A stretch of DNA of 64,000 nt from assembly GCA_965205485.1 (NCBI GenBank), contig OZ242180.1:64001-128000 (forward strand), in the 5' to 3' direction. A program made the position numbers and the translations under genes. This document shows positions 1 through 10,026 of this stretch, piece by piece. This DNA comes from Candidatus Latescibacterota bacterium (GTDB lineage Bacteria > Latescibacterota > UBA2968 > GCA-2709665). The stretch's first letter is position 1, and every line of letters begins with the position of its first letter. Below the pieces are notes generated by a model. That model saw only the letters and a list, made by a program, of their open reading frames with translations. It was not told the DNA's origin and searched no databases.

Positions 1-1
1 T

Positions 2-487
2 TCCGGTACCGTGTTAACCCGTGACCTGGACAAGAGGGTGGGGGATCACCTAGCGGCAGGAGAAGCTGTACTGGAACTGGCGGAATTGACCGGCTGGCAG
101 GCGCAGGTGATGATTCAGGAGGTGGATATTCCAAAGATCAAGATTGGTCAAATTGCGCGACTGTACGTAGAGGCTTTTCCGCATATGCAGTACAAGATTT
201 TTGAAGGCACTGTGACCGATGTCCCCAATAAACCTGAACCCACCGCGGACGTGACACAAGGCACGGTTTATGACGTAAAGATACATATAGAGGATCCAGT
301 TATAATTGACGGTGAGAGGCGATATTCACTCGCTTATGGTATGGGTGTTGAGGCTAAGATTGTAACAGAACGTGGTCCGATTGCGGAGTTAATTTGGAAG
401 AAGTTTCTAAAATCCGTGGGGAGATTTGAACGTCCTGAGATTTATCACCTGGACGAACATACCGAAAGCGTACAGGTTCTGAACTGA
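2..487 (+). CDS. HlyD-family membrane fusion protein, C-terminal part (5' end outside window)
   Basis: Frame open from window start; DIPKIKIGQ...AFPHMQYKIFEGTV...LAYGMGVEAKI beta-barrel motifs; directly upstream of ABC exporter. Confidence 0.85.
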   Translation, partial: SGTVLTRDLDKRVGDHLAAGEAVLELAELTGWQAQVMIQEVDIPKIKIGQIARLYVEAFPHMQYKIFEGTVTDVPNKPEPTADVTQGTVYDVKIHIEDPVIIDGERRYSLAYGMGVEAKIVTERGPIAELIWKKFLKSVGRFERPEIYHLDEHTESVQVLN

Positions 488-492
488 GCAAA

Positions 493-2211
493 TTGATGCG
501 GCAAATATTAAAGATTATTAAGTTACTCCGTCCCTATTGGCGATTCATTTTTCAATCATTTTTGGTGGGTATTCTGTTGATGTTTCTACAGATCCCAGGG
601 CCATATATCACTAAGGTCTTAATTGATGATGTATACCCCCAAAGAGATTTCACACTAATGGTTTTTGTATTGGTTCTTACTGCTGTGTTTTCGATCAGTT
701 TGGGACTCACGAATACTTTGAGTGAGTATTTTGGCGGCTATGTGGGTGTTAACATGGGCATGGATTTTAAGTCTCAGTTTTACACCCATGTTCAAGGATT
801 GGATTTTGGTTTTTTCGACAATCGTCAAACTGGCGAGATTATTGCACGTTTTAATGATATGGACGATTCAATAGAAAACACCATAGATATGCTCAACAGC
901 TTAATAATGAATTCACTCCAGTTATTAATCTTTCCTGCCATTCTCCTATACATTAATTGGAAATTGGCTTTGATAAGTATGGCTGTATTACCATTTGACA
1001 CAATTTTGATAATGATTTCAAAACGATATATAAGCAGGATTTCACGAAAATTAACTGAAGCCTTGGCCGGTTTATCTGCAATATCGTTTGAGTCACTCTC
1101 TGGTATTCGAACAATACAGGCGTTAGGGTTAGAGGCTGCATTTTATGATAAACTCCGGGGACACATTTTCGGTGTTTCAAAGTTACAAATTAGGTCGATT
1201 TTATTGAATGGTGGATTTGGATTTATTGGGCTCTTGATAAGGACAACAGGAACCTTTGCCTATGGTTGGTACGGTTGGACACAAATCCTGCATGGTAATC
1301 TCTCTCTGGGTAGCTATATGGCCTTCTCTGCTTATGTGGGATATCTATATGGACCGATTAGCAATTTAATTGGTTTAGTGCAGCATTTGGAATTGACCCT
1401 TGTACATATTAATCGCTTCTTCGAAATCTATGAACTTCGGCCCGAAATTCGGGACCGCCCTAATATGTCAGCTTTACCTGAACTCCAGGGAGAGATTCAA
1501 TTTAACGAGGTTACGTTTTGCTATCAAACAAATCAACCCGTTTTGCGAAATATTGACCTTTACATCTCTGCGAAGACTACTGTGGCTTTAGTAGGAAAGA
1601 GTGGTTCAGGTAAATCGACCCTCGCTAAATTGATTCCACGATTCTATGATCCTCAAGAGGGTGAAATATTAATAGATGGTCATGATATTCGTTATCATCG
1701 TTTGAGTTCTCTACGGCGACAGGTGGGATTTGCGATGCAAGGCAGCACTTTATTTCATGGCTCTATTTTAGAGAACTTGACATTTGGTGAGGATATTCCA
1801 CTGAGAGTCGTGCAGAGCGCAACTCAAGTCACCTATATTGATGATTTCATTTCTACCTTGCCCGAAAGATACAATACGCTGGTGGGCGAGCAAGGTGCGC
1901 AACTCTCGGAGGGCCAGAAACAACGGATCGCCTTAGCACGGGTGTTGTTGATGAATACTCCAATTCTGATCTTAGACGAACCGACAGCTGCTCTGGATCT
2001 TGAATCGGAAGAATATGTCAGTGAAGCCTTAAAGGTGGTTCAAGAGAATAGAACTACGATTATTATCGCGCATCGACTCTCGACAATTCGCAGTGCAGAT
2101 AATATCGTGGTAATTGATGAGGGTCAGATAATTGAGCAGGGCACACATGAATCATTAATTGCTGGTGAGGGCGCGTATGCACACTTGTATAACATAGCTG
2201 CGAGAATTTAG
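493..2211 (+). CDS. ABC exporter, permease + ATPase fusion (type I secretion/peptide export), no C39 peptidase domain
   Basis: N-terminal TM domain; Walker A GKSGSGKS, signature LSEGQKQR, Walker B ILILDE, H-loop IAHRL. Confidence 0.95.
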   Translation: MMRQILKIIKLLRPYWRFIFQSFLVGILLMFLQIPGPYITKVLIDDVYPQRDFTLMVFVLVLTAVFSISLGLTNTLSEYFGGYVGVNMGMDFKSQFYTHVQGLDFGFFDNRQTGEIIARFNDMDDSIENTIDMLNSLIMNSLQLLIFPAILLYINWKLALISMAVLPFDTILIMISKRYISRISRKLTEALAGLSAISFESLSGIRTIQALGLEAAFYDKLRGHIFGVSKLQIRSILLNGGFGFIGLLIRTTGTFAYGWYGWTQILHGNLSLGSYMAFSAYVGYLYGPISNLIGLVQHLELTLVHINRFFEIYELRPEIRDRPNMSALPELQGEIQFNEVTFCYQTNQPVLRNIDLYISAKTTVALVGKSGSGKSTLAKLIPRFYDPQEGEILIDGHDIRYHRLSSLRRQVGFAMQGSTLFHGSILENLTFGEDIPLRVVQSATQVTYIDDFISTLPERYNTLVGEQGAQLSEGQKQRIALARVLLMNTPILILDEPTAALDLESEEYVSEALKVVQENRTTIIIAHRLSTIRSADNIVVIDEGQIIEQGTHESLIAGEGAYAHLYNIAARI

Positions 2212-2249
2212 CCTTCGGGGATCTAACCTCTCAAAAAGGAGGCCAATTT

Positions 2250-2567
2250 ATGCCTCAGCAAAATTCAGCACCAGAAGCACGCACGAACCGAAACCTGGCA
2301 CGTGAGCAATTGGATGCTGCTCTGTCCCAGGATGGTGCGAACCTCGGTGGTGTCCGTGGCCTGAATGGTGTGGAGATAACCTTTAGGATGAATATTACTC
2401 CACCCATCAGAGTTCGACCCAATAACCCCAAACCTGTTACTGGACGTCCTGATTCCACGATTACTGAAGTTGATGTGTATAGCTATACGGAACGTCGTTC
2501 ACGTACCACCGTTCGATTCTTTTTCCGTATTGCTACACCTGATTCAACCAACGGTGGTGGTGGTTGA
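2250..2567 (+). CDS. 105-aa orphan protein, candidate exported peptide or precursor
   Basis: AAGGAGG RBS; immediately after the exporter; internal LGG; C-terminal GGGG. Confidence 0.75.
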   Translation: MPQQNSAPEARTNRNLAREQLDAALSQDGANLGGVRGLNGVEITFRMNITPPIRVRPNNPKPVTGRPDSTITEVDVYSYTERRSRTTVRFFFRIATPDSTNGGGG

Positions 2568-2597
2568 AATAAGATAAATTGGTAGATCCCCGAAGGC

Positions 2598-3877
2598 TTG
2601 TTATATTCAAAAGTTGTGGATCAGATAAAAAAGAGCGTATCCTTACGTGTCACCAAAAACCCGCGAGGCCCCTCGGACGAGGGAGAAAGGGTACGCTCGA
2701 TGAGACAATATACAGCCTCCGAAGTTGAGACGATAGTCAAAGATGAAGTGACGTTGAGCCTGGAAGCCCTGATCCGTGTTGGGGCCAGGCGGATGCTGCA
2801 AGCGGCGTTAGAGTTCGAAGTGGACGCCTACGTCGAGAACTTGCCGCGTGTGCACGACAAACGTGAGGGCAAAGCGTTTCGTTCAGCCATCTTGCCACGA
2901 TATATGCGTCGTGCGCCTTCGATCGATGCGTTGATTCCGGCGCTGTATCTCAGGGGCGTCTCCACGTCGTCGTTCCCGGAGGCCCTTACCGCCATTCTGG
3001 GCGAGCAGGCCCCTGGATTGTCACCCGCCAACGTGGTTCGTCTCAAACAGATTTGGGAACAGGAATATGAGGCGTGGCGTCATCGGGATCTTTCGGATAA
3101 ACACTACGTGTATGTATGGGCTGATGGCATCTATTTCCAGGTGCGGCTGGAACCGGACCGGCCCTGTGTCTTAGTCCTCATCGGCGTCACCAGGGACGGC
3201 CGCAAGGAACCTTTGGCCATAGAAGACGGGCATCGAGAAAGCAAGCTGTCCTGGCAGGACGTGCTGACGGATGTGAAAAGGCGAAGGTTGAAGGAAGCGC
3301 CCGCCCTGGCCATTGGCGATGGGGGTCTGGGGTTCTGGGCGGCACTTGAGGAAGTCTTCCCTCAAACCCATCATCTGCGCTGCTGGGTGCATAAGAGTGC
3401 CAACGTGCTGGATAACCTCCCCAAGACGATCCAGGCGCAGGCCAGAGCGCGCCTCCACCAGATGTATCTCTCACCCATCTGACAGGATGCCCTCGACGCC
3501 TATGAGGACTTCCTGTCCCTGTATGATGACAAATACCCCAAAGCGTGTGCGTGCCTGGAAAAGGACAAGGACGTGCTTTTCACCTTTTACGATTTCCCGG
3601 CTGCCCACTGGCGACACCTCCGGTCCACCAATCCGATCGAATCCACCTTCAGCACCGTTCGCCACCGTACACGACCGACCAAAGGATGCGGCTCCCGAAA
3701 CGCCACGATGATGATGGTCTACAAACTGGCCGACCAAGCCCAGAAACACTGGCACAGACCACACGGTCACAAACTCACTCGTCGTCCAAGGCGTCGAATT
3801 CCAGGACGGAGACATTAAAGCCGCTGCTTAATCCATCAGGATGCGCTCCCCCCATCTACAACACTTGACGATATCTC
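2598..3877 (+). mobile_element. IS256-family element, degenerate
   Basis: Imperfect terminal IRs (2598-2621 vs 3854-3877); flanking 8-mers AAGGCTTG (2593-2600, overlapping the worn left IR) and AAGGCATG (3878-3885) resemble a target duplication. Confidence 0.85.
2700..3818 (+). pseudogene. IS256 (mutator-type) DDE transposase pseudogene
   Basis: YVWADG, IGDGGLGFW, RCWVHK, STNPIESTF motifs; in-frame TGA at 3480-3482; apparent N-terminal in-frame deletion; degenerate 3' end. Confidence 0.9.
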
Positions 3878-3886
3878 AAGGCATGT

Positions 3887-4615
3887 GTGATGTGTGAGAT
3901 TAGATTTTATCAGGGTATTATTCTGGTAATTGTCTTATTCAGCCTGTTTCAACTACTGCATATCGCAGAACCGTTCTTGCAATTGATTTTACAACCGTAC
4001 GTGGAATATGGGTTTGTGGCTTATGAATTCGGCAAACATCTTTACAGAGATACCCAAATTCTCATTTTGTATATTTTTCGACTTATTCTCATTTATTTGA
4101 TTGTTCAGAGATGTGTCGGAATTTCCATAAAGGCGTCATTGTTCTACAACCGACCTTCACTCTCGCAGAGTTTATATTGGGCCTCTGTTGGAGTTTGCCT
4201 GGCCCTTTATTCTTCAATGGTCGCCTGGCAGGAAAGTATCGAAGATCCATTTTATATAGTCCTCCTCAGTACAGTAGTTGCCGTCGTAATGAATATTGCG
4301 GCTCCACTTCAAGAAGAAATAGTGCATCGAGGTATCCTATTTTCGGCTCTGCGAAAGAAAGGACGTTTATTAGCCTACTTCATTTCAGTTACGTGGTTTG
4401 TACTTAGCCATGTCCCCTCGTATTCAGCTCTTTACTTTAAAGGGATATTGGGCCTTGAATTATATCATTTTATACTTCTGATCTTAATGGCGACCTTTGC
4501 CGCATATATTTATGAGACCACAAAGAAGCTGAGCTTGTGTGTTATCTTTCACAGTGCTTGCAATCTCACTACGGTAGTCAGTGCTTTCTTGAATTATTGT
4601 GTGGAGGGAGCATGA
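3887..4615 (+). CDS. CPBP (CAAX/Abi) family intramembrane glutamic endopeptidase
   Basis: Multi-TM; EEIVHRG, FVLSH and HSACN motifs. Confidence 0.9.
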   Translation: MMCEIRFYQGIILVIVLFSLFQLLHIAEPFLQLILQPYVEYGFVAYEFGKHLYRDTQILILYIFRLILIYLIVQRCVGISIKASLFYNRPSLSQSLYWASVGVCLALYSSMVAWQESIEDPFYIVLLSTVVAVVMNIAAPLQEEIVHRGILFSALRKKGRLLAYFISVTWFVLSHVPSYSALYFKGILGLELYHFILLILMATFAAYIYETTKKLSLCVIFHSACNLTTVVSAFLNYCVEGA

Positions 4616-5552
4616 ATTACCTCAAGCGAATTTGTATCTGGTCGGGTATTGTCGCAGGCATTGTATTCGGCAGTATTGTCCTGTGGCCGTACTTGAACTA
4701 CGATAATCATGAATATTGGCACAATAGGGGTTTACAGTTAAAGCAAGAGAAATCTTATACAGAAGCATTGGAAGTATATGAACATTTGACGGCTCTAGAT
4801 TCAACTGATCTCGGTGCCTGGGATTCCAAGGCGGATGTTCTCTATCGATTGGGGCGTTTTGAAAAAGCTATTCAGTCCTATGATCGGGTATTGGCAATCG
4901 ACCCGGAGAATCACAATGCCTCTCTGCTGAAGGCCCAGGCATTGGGATTTATGGGCAGACCGATAGAAGCGATAGCTGTATACGACCGATTACTTAGTAT
5001 CGGTGCGGACAATCCTGTAAAGGGGAGTGGATCGAACAAAGCACCCACTTTTGAAATATTGCTCCTTGAGGGTCGAGCATCTCAACTAATGCAAATTGAG
5101 CAATTTAGAGAGGCATTAAATACGGTTGATTATGCCATAAGAAAATCACCTGATGACGTTAATTTATGGAATGCTCGCGTTGCGCCTTTGTTGGCCTTAA
5201 AGCAATATGAGAAGATTATTGAAACCTCTGAGATCATACTTCAGATGAATCCAGATTCTCCAAATGCGGCGTCGCCTGGAACAGTAAGGGCACTGCTCTG
5301 TTCGAACTGAAGAGGTGTGAAGAAGCTCTTGAGGCATTTACCCGAGCTTCTCAATTCAATCCGAAATTTGGCGTTGCGTGGTATAACCGAGCACACCTTC
5401 ACATATTAAAGGGCCATAGAGATTCGGCCGTCGCATATCTCAATACGGCTCTCAAATTGGACCCTACGCTCGGAACAGATATTACTCAAGATGAGGTCTT
5501 ACAATCATTGGTAGATTCAAATCTGCTTGAACTGGGCACTATTGAACCTTGA
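4612..5552 (+). pseudogene. Membrane-anchored TPR-repeat protein with one frameshift near 5270
   Basis: ATGA overlap with CPBP gene; N-terminal TM; TPR repeats (AWDSKADVLYRLGRFEKAIQSYD); TPRs continue in shifted frame (VAWNSKG...AWYNRA) to TGA at 5550-5552. Confidence 0.85.
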
Positions 5553-5568
5553 TTAAAGGGAGCGAATC

Positions 5569-5677
5569 ATGAAATATTGGAGGATAATGGCTTGGTTGGT
5601 TGATAACCATCGGTTTTGTGATTCTTGTCCTAGCGCGGCTTCGCTTTGTTCAGCCGCAACGAAATAGAGTTTGTTAA
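5569..5677 (+). pseudogene. Truncated start of a membrane or secreted protein gene
   Basis: AAAGGGAG RBS and ATG; hydrophobic stretch LITIGFVILVLARL in shifted frame; ends where the next element begins. Confidence 0.35.
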
Positions 5678-5765
5678 ACACGACCGGTTGTTTTTGGGTA
5701 TGAAGAACGGCGTTCATCCTTTGTGATGGAAGTGCCAACCGCCATCGACACAAGGAGGAACGCCG

Positions 5766-6310
5766 TGAATGACTTCGTGGAACAATATAGTGTAAAAATT
5801 ACCGGAGTGGTATCCTGTTTTGATCGGATTTTGTTCAAAGGGTACCTGTCCCTTGGATTTGGGCGTGCGATGGAGCGGTTCATCGGCAATCAGGGTTTGA
5901 TATTGAAGGACTTCAAGCGTTTTGTGACGACGCATTCCAGACGATCAAGAACCACGCTGAGGCGATGGCAAACAAGCAGCAGCGCCCGCTCATTTATCTC
6001 GAGAGCAACACGATCAGAAGAGACGACGAAGCGCGCCTCAGGGCGCAAGGCGATGGGATCACACAAGGTCTCGTCTGTGTGTTCCGGGCCTTGGAAGGCT
6101 GCAAGAGTTTCAAGCCCGTACCAGGGGTAGGCAGGCCTCGCCTGATCAACGCCCGACGGAAATGCCTGTGTTGCTACTCTTACTTTATTGACCGGGAGTT
6201 CGGACTGATGCGCGACCACATTCAGTCCTGGTTCCCGCTGGTGGTTCAGGTCTGTCTCAACGGCCACGAGTTCCTAGCGCGTAAGATCGACAACCACGGC
6301 ATCCCCTATG
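5766..6310 (+). pseudogene. 5' part of an unclassified transposase-like gene, frameshifted and truncated
   Basis: SCFDRILFKGYL, then in another frame YFIDREFGLM...QSWFPLVVQVCLNGHEFLARK; family recalled from memory only. Confidence 0.6.
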
Positions 6311-6860
6311 TTACGGATCGCCCTTTTGAGACCACCCATGATCGCCTCAATGGAGCCACGTGGAAGTGGCGATTCTAGGGTTTCGGACGGGGTATGTAGT
6401 TGGTGTTTTACTCGCGCCTGTGGTAATGGTTTGGGCAGCGATAGCTTTTTTCTTCAAGGATGACGCGATAGCCGCGGTGCCTGAGGCTGTCGAGCGTTGC
6501 GGCGCCGAGTAGTCGATTGGGGAAGGCGTGTCCCCATTCGGAGAAGTCGAGGTTTGAGGTGGCAATGGTTGCCCCAGGTAATGTCCGATCCCGCCTATTG
6601 TGTCCATTTCTAAACCGGTGCTTTTGTCAAAAACAAAACCGTTGTTGACACTGTAGGTGCGTTGAACCTCCGGGTCGTGGTAGCAAGTCCAGATAGAGAC
6701 GTCTTTGGGGTTGTCGATCACCAAGCGCGCAGGCGCCCCACTGAAGAACTCGAAGGCACTTCTGTCGCAGGAATGCCTCGTCTCGTCCTTTTGATTCGGG
6801 ACGATCTCGGCACACTGTTGCGAGACCAGCCCGGCAACATAACGAAAACCCACGTCGCGA
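6309..6860 (-). mobile_element. istA: Nested IS21-family remnants (istA fragment plus terminal repeats)
   Basis: Minus strand WVFVM..WSR..AEIV / AFEFFSGAPARLVIDNPK..YHDPEVQRTY, cut at 6650 by a TGTCAACAACGG end; TGTTACGG end-like sequence at 6309. Confidence 0.7.
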
Positions 6861-7359
6861 AGCGGGCTTGCCTTCTGCCGTCCTATGAACCCCGAACGCG
6901 CGATCGCTCGATCCAAATCGCCCAAACGCATACGCGTCAATACCTGGCTATATTGTTATATCTCGAACCTCCGGTTTGCCATGATCTTCCCTCCTGGCTG
7001 TCGGGGTGACCATTCAGAAGGTAGATACGTTTCCGGAAAGTCCGAAACCTCAATCGCATCCCAGGTGGCCTGGTTAGGCCGATCTTCAACTGGCCTGATT
7101 AAGGCGATCCTGCAGTGGCCGCATTAGGGCGATCACGCAATGGCCGCATACGGGCGATCATTAACAAAGTAGATGGCCGCCAGCGGGACAGGTTCCCGTT
7201 TGAGCATCACCGCCACAATCGCCGGCACGGCGCCCTGACCATCACTGAGTTGGTTCTCACGAAGTTGAATCCCATCAGGCAGGTTCCCCTCGCCGCCACT
7301 ATAGAGATGAGATAACGATTCAGTCAGCAGCACACCTGTCCAAAATCGTTTTTTGCAGC

Positions 7360-7542
7360 CGCTATCACGACATGATCCACTTGCAGCCGGAGCGAGGGCA
7401 TCCTGCCCTCGAATTTCGCGTCACCTACCCCCACTCGCGCCGAGAGACTGACGCGTCCATTCAATCCGACACCGGTTCGCGGAAGACACCGTGTGCGACG
7501 AGTAATCCGATGCCGAGGGCAGGATGCCCTCGCTCCCGGGAA
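7360..7542. repeat. REP-like palindrome pair (CGAGGGCA-NNN-TGCCCTCG)
   Basis: Palindromes at 7393-7411 and 7514-7532; inverted homolog at 9918-9979. Confidence 0.85.
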
Positions 7543-7730
7543 CGCCAACCAAATCGGTTTCTGTCCTGGACATCCGTGGCAAAAAAGAGGGGACCTGCAT
7601 TGGCGTTTCGAAGCGACTGACTAGAAAACCAGGCACTTACGCATCCAAGATGGTCTCCTTCAAACTATCTTGGACAGCTGTGAGTCAGCAGTTCAATTTA
7701 GCGTACACCTTCTTTCAGGAGGACTGGGTT

Positions 7731-7997
7731 ATGGACGATTCTGTGGATTTGGGATTGGAGGAGCAGATTTTATACCTCAACGCAAGGATTGAAGTCATAA
7801 GCACGGTTCTCGAGGTTATTTGTATGGATCGAGTATCGAACGATGCATCTGAAGATCCCGTGAGAACGGCTCGAAAACTCAAGGAAGATTTACTTGCTCT
7901 TGTTGCAGATCGACCTGATGGTCGGTTTATCGAGCTGTGTAAGGAATTCTCGGCGAAATATATGGATGATACAATAGCTCGTGCGAAATCTCTTTAA
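7731..7997 (+). CDS. Hypothetical 88-aa acidic helical protein
   Basis: CAGGAGGA RBS before ATG; protein-like composition. Confidence 0.6.
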   Translation: MDDSVDLGLEEQILYLNARIEVISTVLEVICMDRVSNDASEDPVRTARKLKEDLLALVADRPDGRFIELCKEFSAKYMDDTIARAKSL

Positions 7998-8447
7998 CCT
8001 CAATCCGAAAAAAGGCAACGGCAAAACTTACCACAAAAAGCACAAAAGGCACAGAAGGTATAAGCGCATAGGCGGGGCATCGAGGTCGTACAAATGGATG
8101 GAATTTCCGCTCTCGTCCAGTGACTTCAAGTATCCGGCAACTTTGACATCAATTTGCCTTTGTTCTTCTGCATATATTCGACATTCAGGTCCCAGGATAA
8201 TTTCGAATCAAGGTTAATTGAAGGACCTGGGCTGGGCGAAACATTGCCCCACCCCGGATTTTCTCACCTGGCATTATTGTCCCATATTGAAGGTCGGGGC
8301 GTCGTCTGCAAAGACGACATCGTGGAGCGAACGGCACAACTGAAGTTATCCCGATCAGTGCACGGTTCAGGGCTCGTATTTCAATTCCATGATTGACGGT
8401 TGTTCTCGCAGGTTACGGACGAGTGCTCAGGGCAGCGCCTTCGCCGA

Positions 8448-8479
8448 CCCTTCGACAAGCTCAGGGAGCGGCTCAGGGT
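8448..8479. repeat. Second REP-like class (CTTCGACAAGCTCA); inverted copy near 9383-9400
   Basis: CTTCGACAAGCTCA here versus TGAGCTTGTCGAA downstream. Confidence 0.6.
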
Positions 8480-8527
8480 GCCCGGTCAATGTTGAGTACG
8501 AATGCGGGGGGAGACCCGGGATAGTTA

Positions 8528-8556
8528 TTGACAACCTTTATCAACTGACTTAATGT
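8528..8556 (+). promoter_or_regulatory. Sigma70-like promoter
   Basis: TTGACA-17 nt-TAATGT, followed by AGGAGG at 8571-8576. Confidence 0.65.
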
Positions 8557-8582
8557 ACTGGACAACCCAGAGGAGGTATCAA

Positions 8583-8798
8583 ATGAATGCCCTATTCAAG
8601 TGGTGGTGCTGTCGATATTTGCTTCGGGTCGTTTGTGTTGATTGCAGCTACGACGATGGGAAAGCGTGTGTGTTCCACAAGTGTCGAGATGGAACTTACA
8701 ATCCGGGCAGGCCCGGTCTGCTCTGCGAGAAGGAAGTATGTATGAATCCTCGCAGGAAACACGGGTTACCCAAGACGGTTCAAAAGCATTATTCGTAA
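8583..8798 (+). CDS. 71-aa Cys-rich small protein (alternative 52-aa frame at 8587-8745)
   Basis: Promoter, RBS and terminator enclose it; 8 Cys. Confidence 0.55.
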   Translation: MNALFKWWCCRYLLRVVCVDCSYDDGKACVFHKCRDGTYNPGRPGLLCEKEVCMNPRRKHGLPKTVQKHYS

Positions 8799-8799
8799 C

Positions 8800-8836
8800 A
8801 AAAAGCCCCTGGGCAGAAAGAGTCCAGGGGCTTTTT
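8800..8836. terminator. Bidirectional intrinsic terminator
   Basis: AAAAAGCCCCTGG...CCAGGGGCTTTTT. Confidence 0.85.
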
Positions 8837-8926
8837 GGTCCTACTGGGTCGATGCAATTGCCCACGGTTTCCATAATGCCGCTGGTTACGGGCATGAAAT
8901 TCCTTTAGGCGATTGGCCTCCAATAG

Positions 8927-8963
8927 AAAAAACAGCAGCGCGGCGACGCGCTGCTGTTTTTTT
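8927..8963. terminator. Bidirectional intrinsic terminator
   Basis: AAAAAACAGCAGCGCG-GCGA-CGCGCTGCTGTTTTTT. Confidence 0.85.
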
Positions 8964-9585
8964 GTCTTTGGGTTATCATCGCAGGACCGGCGTCAACGGC
9001 ATATTGATCACGGTCGAAATTGCGTTCCCCAATTGCCGTGAAAACGTGAGTGCCTGGAAGGCAAAATCACAGTTGGCAAAGGTGGGGTTTTATTTCTCTG
9101 ATTCGGAGGCAATTGATCGGAGCCGGAGCCGAAATTCCAACGCCAGATGACTGTCTGATGGATGCAAAAAAAAATCGTGGGAATCTTCGAGGTTCGTGAG
9201 AAGCAGCCTCAGAATAGGGCGAAAATAGGCGAATTTCACGAAAAAATCAACACTATGGCCGATAAAATCAATGCTAATTCAACGATCTGTTGTTATATTG
9301 AAATCTGGTGTCCTGTACCAAAAATTGCTCACCATTCGACCGCCGATTCATCCCGTCTCGCTACGTTGCTTGCGCTGCTTGCGTTGAGCTTGTCGAAACG
9401 GCTTGTCGAAGTGCCCTCGCTCGCCGACCATACGCAGATCGCAGGGAGCGGGTTGAACAAACATATCAGGGCACGGGCATGAAGGCGCCGTTTGGAAAGT
9501 ATCACCTGGCATGGGAAGAAGCAAGGATTCTACGCTCGTGCCCGAAACTATGCCGGTATTGCCCGCGTTCTTGAACGGAGGTTAC

Positions 9586-9732
9586 ATGAATACTGCGTTT
9601 CTGGTGATCAACGGGATGTTTCTGTTCTTCATCCTGCTGCAACTACTGTATATCAGCAAGACATTGAACAGGATCGGTGACGAGTTAACCGCGTTGCGGG
9701 CAAGGGTTGAAAAACATGAACAGGAATCCTAA
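9586..9732 (+). CDS. 48-aa single-pass membrane protein with coiled-coil tail
   Basis: GGAGG RBS; FLVINGMFLFFILLQLLYI TM followed by a charged heptad-like tail. Confidence 0.7.
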   Translation: MNTAFLVINGMFLFFILLQLLYISKTLNRIGDELTALRARVEKHEQES

Positions 9733-9917
9733 GCATGGACGTGTATATATTTGGTTTTACGTCCCCGAAAAATTACAAATCAAGGTTTGACTCTACAAGC
9801 AGGCATTCAATTCCACGCGGTACCCAGGATCGAGCTCCTTGAGCAACCCCCTACCCGCTCAAGGGTCTGGTTTGTGGTCGGCAAATCTGGCGAGAGGAGC
9901 AAATGTCAGAGTCGCCT

Positions 9918-9979
9918 TTCCCGGGAGCGAGGGCATCCTGCCCTCGCTCCGGATACTGGTGGATCACGTCGTGATAGCG
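9918..9979. repeat. REP-like element, inverted copy of 7360-7411 and 7514-7542
   Basis: 44/52 match to the reverse complement of 7360-7411; 29/29 to that of 7514-7542. Confidence 0.85.
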
Positions 9980-10026
9980 CGAAGATTGCCTCCGGTCGCA
10001 GGGCGTTTGTGTGAGGCTAATCTCAC

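Noticed and set aside
6950..7340. Short ORFs after the IS21 relic
   Set aside because: No RBS or recognisable motif
8030..8392. Possible GxxExxY-family gene relic with CACAAAA repeats
   Set aside because: Only a few N-terminal residues resemble it; too degraded to support
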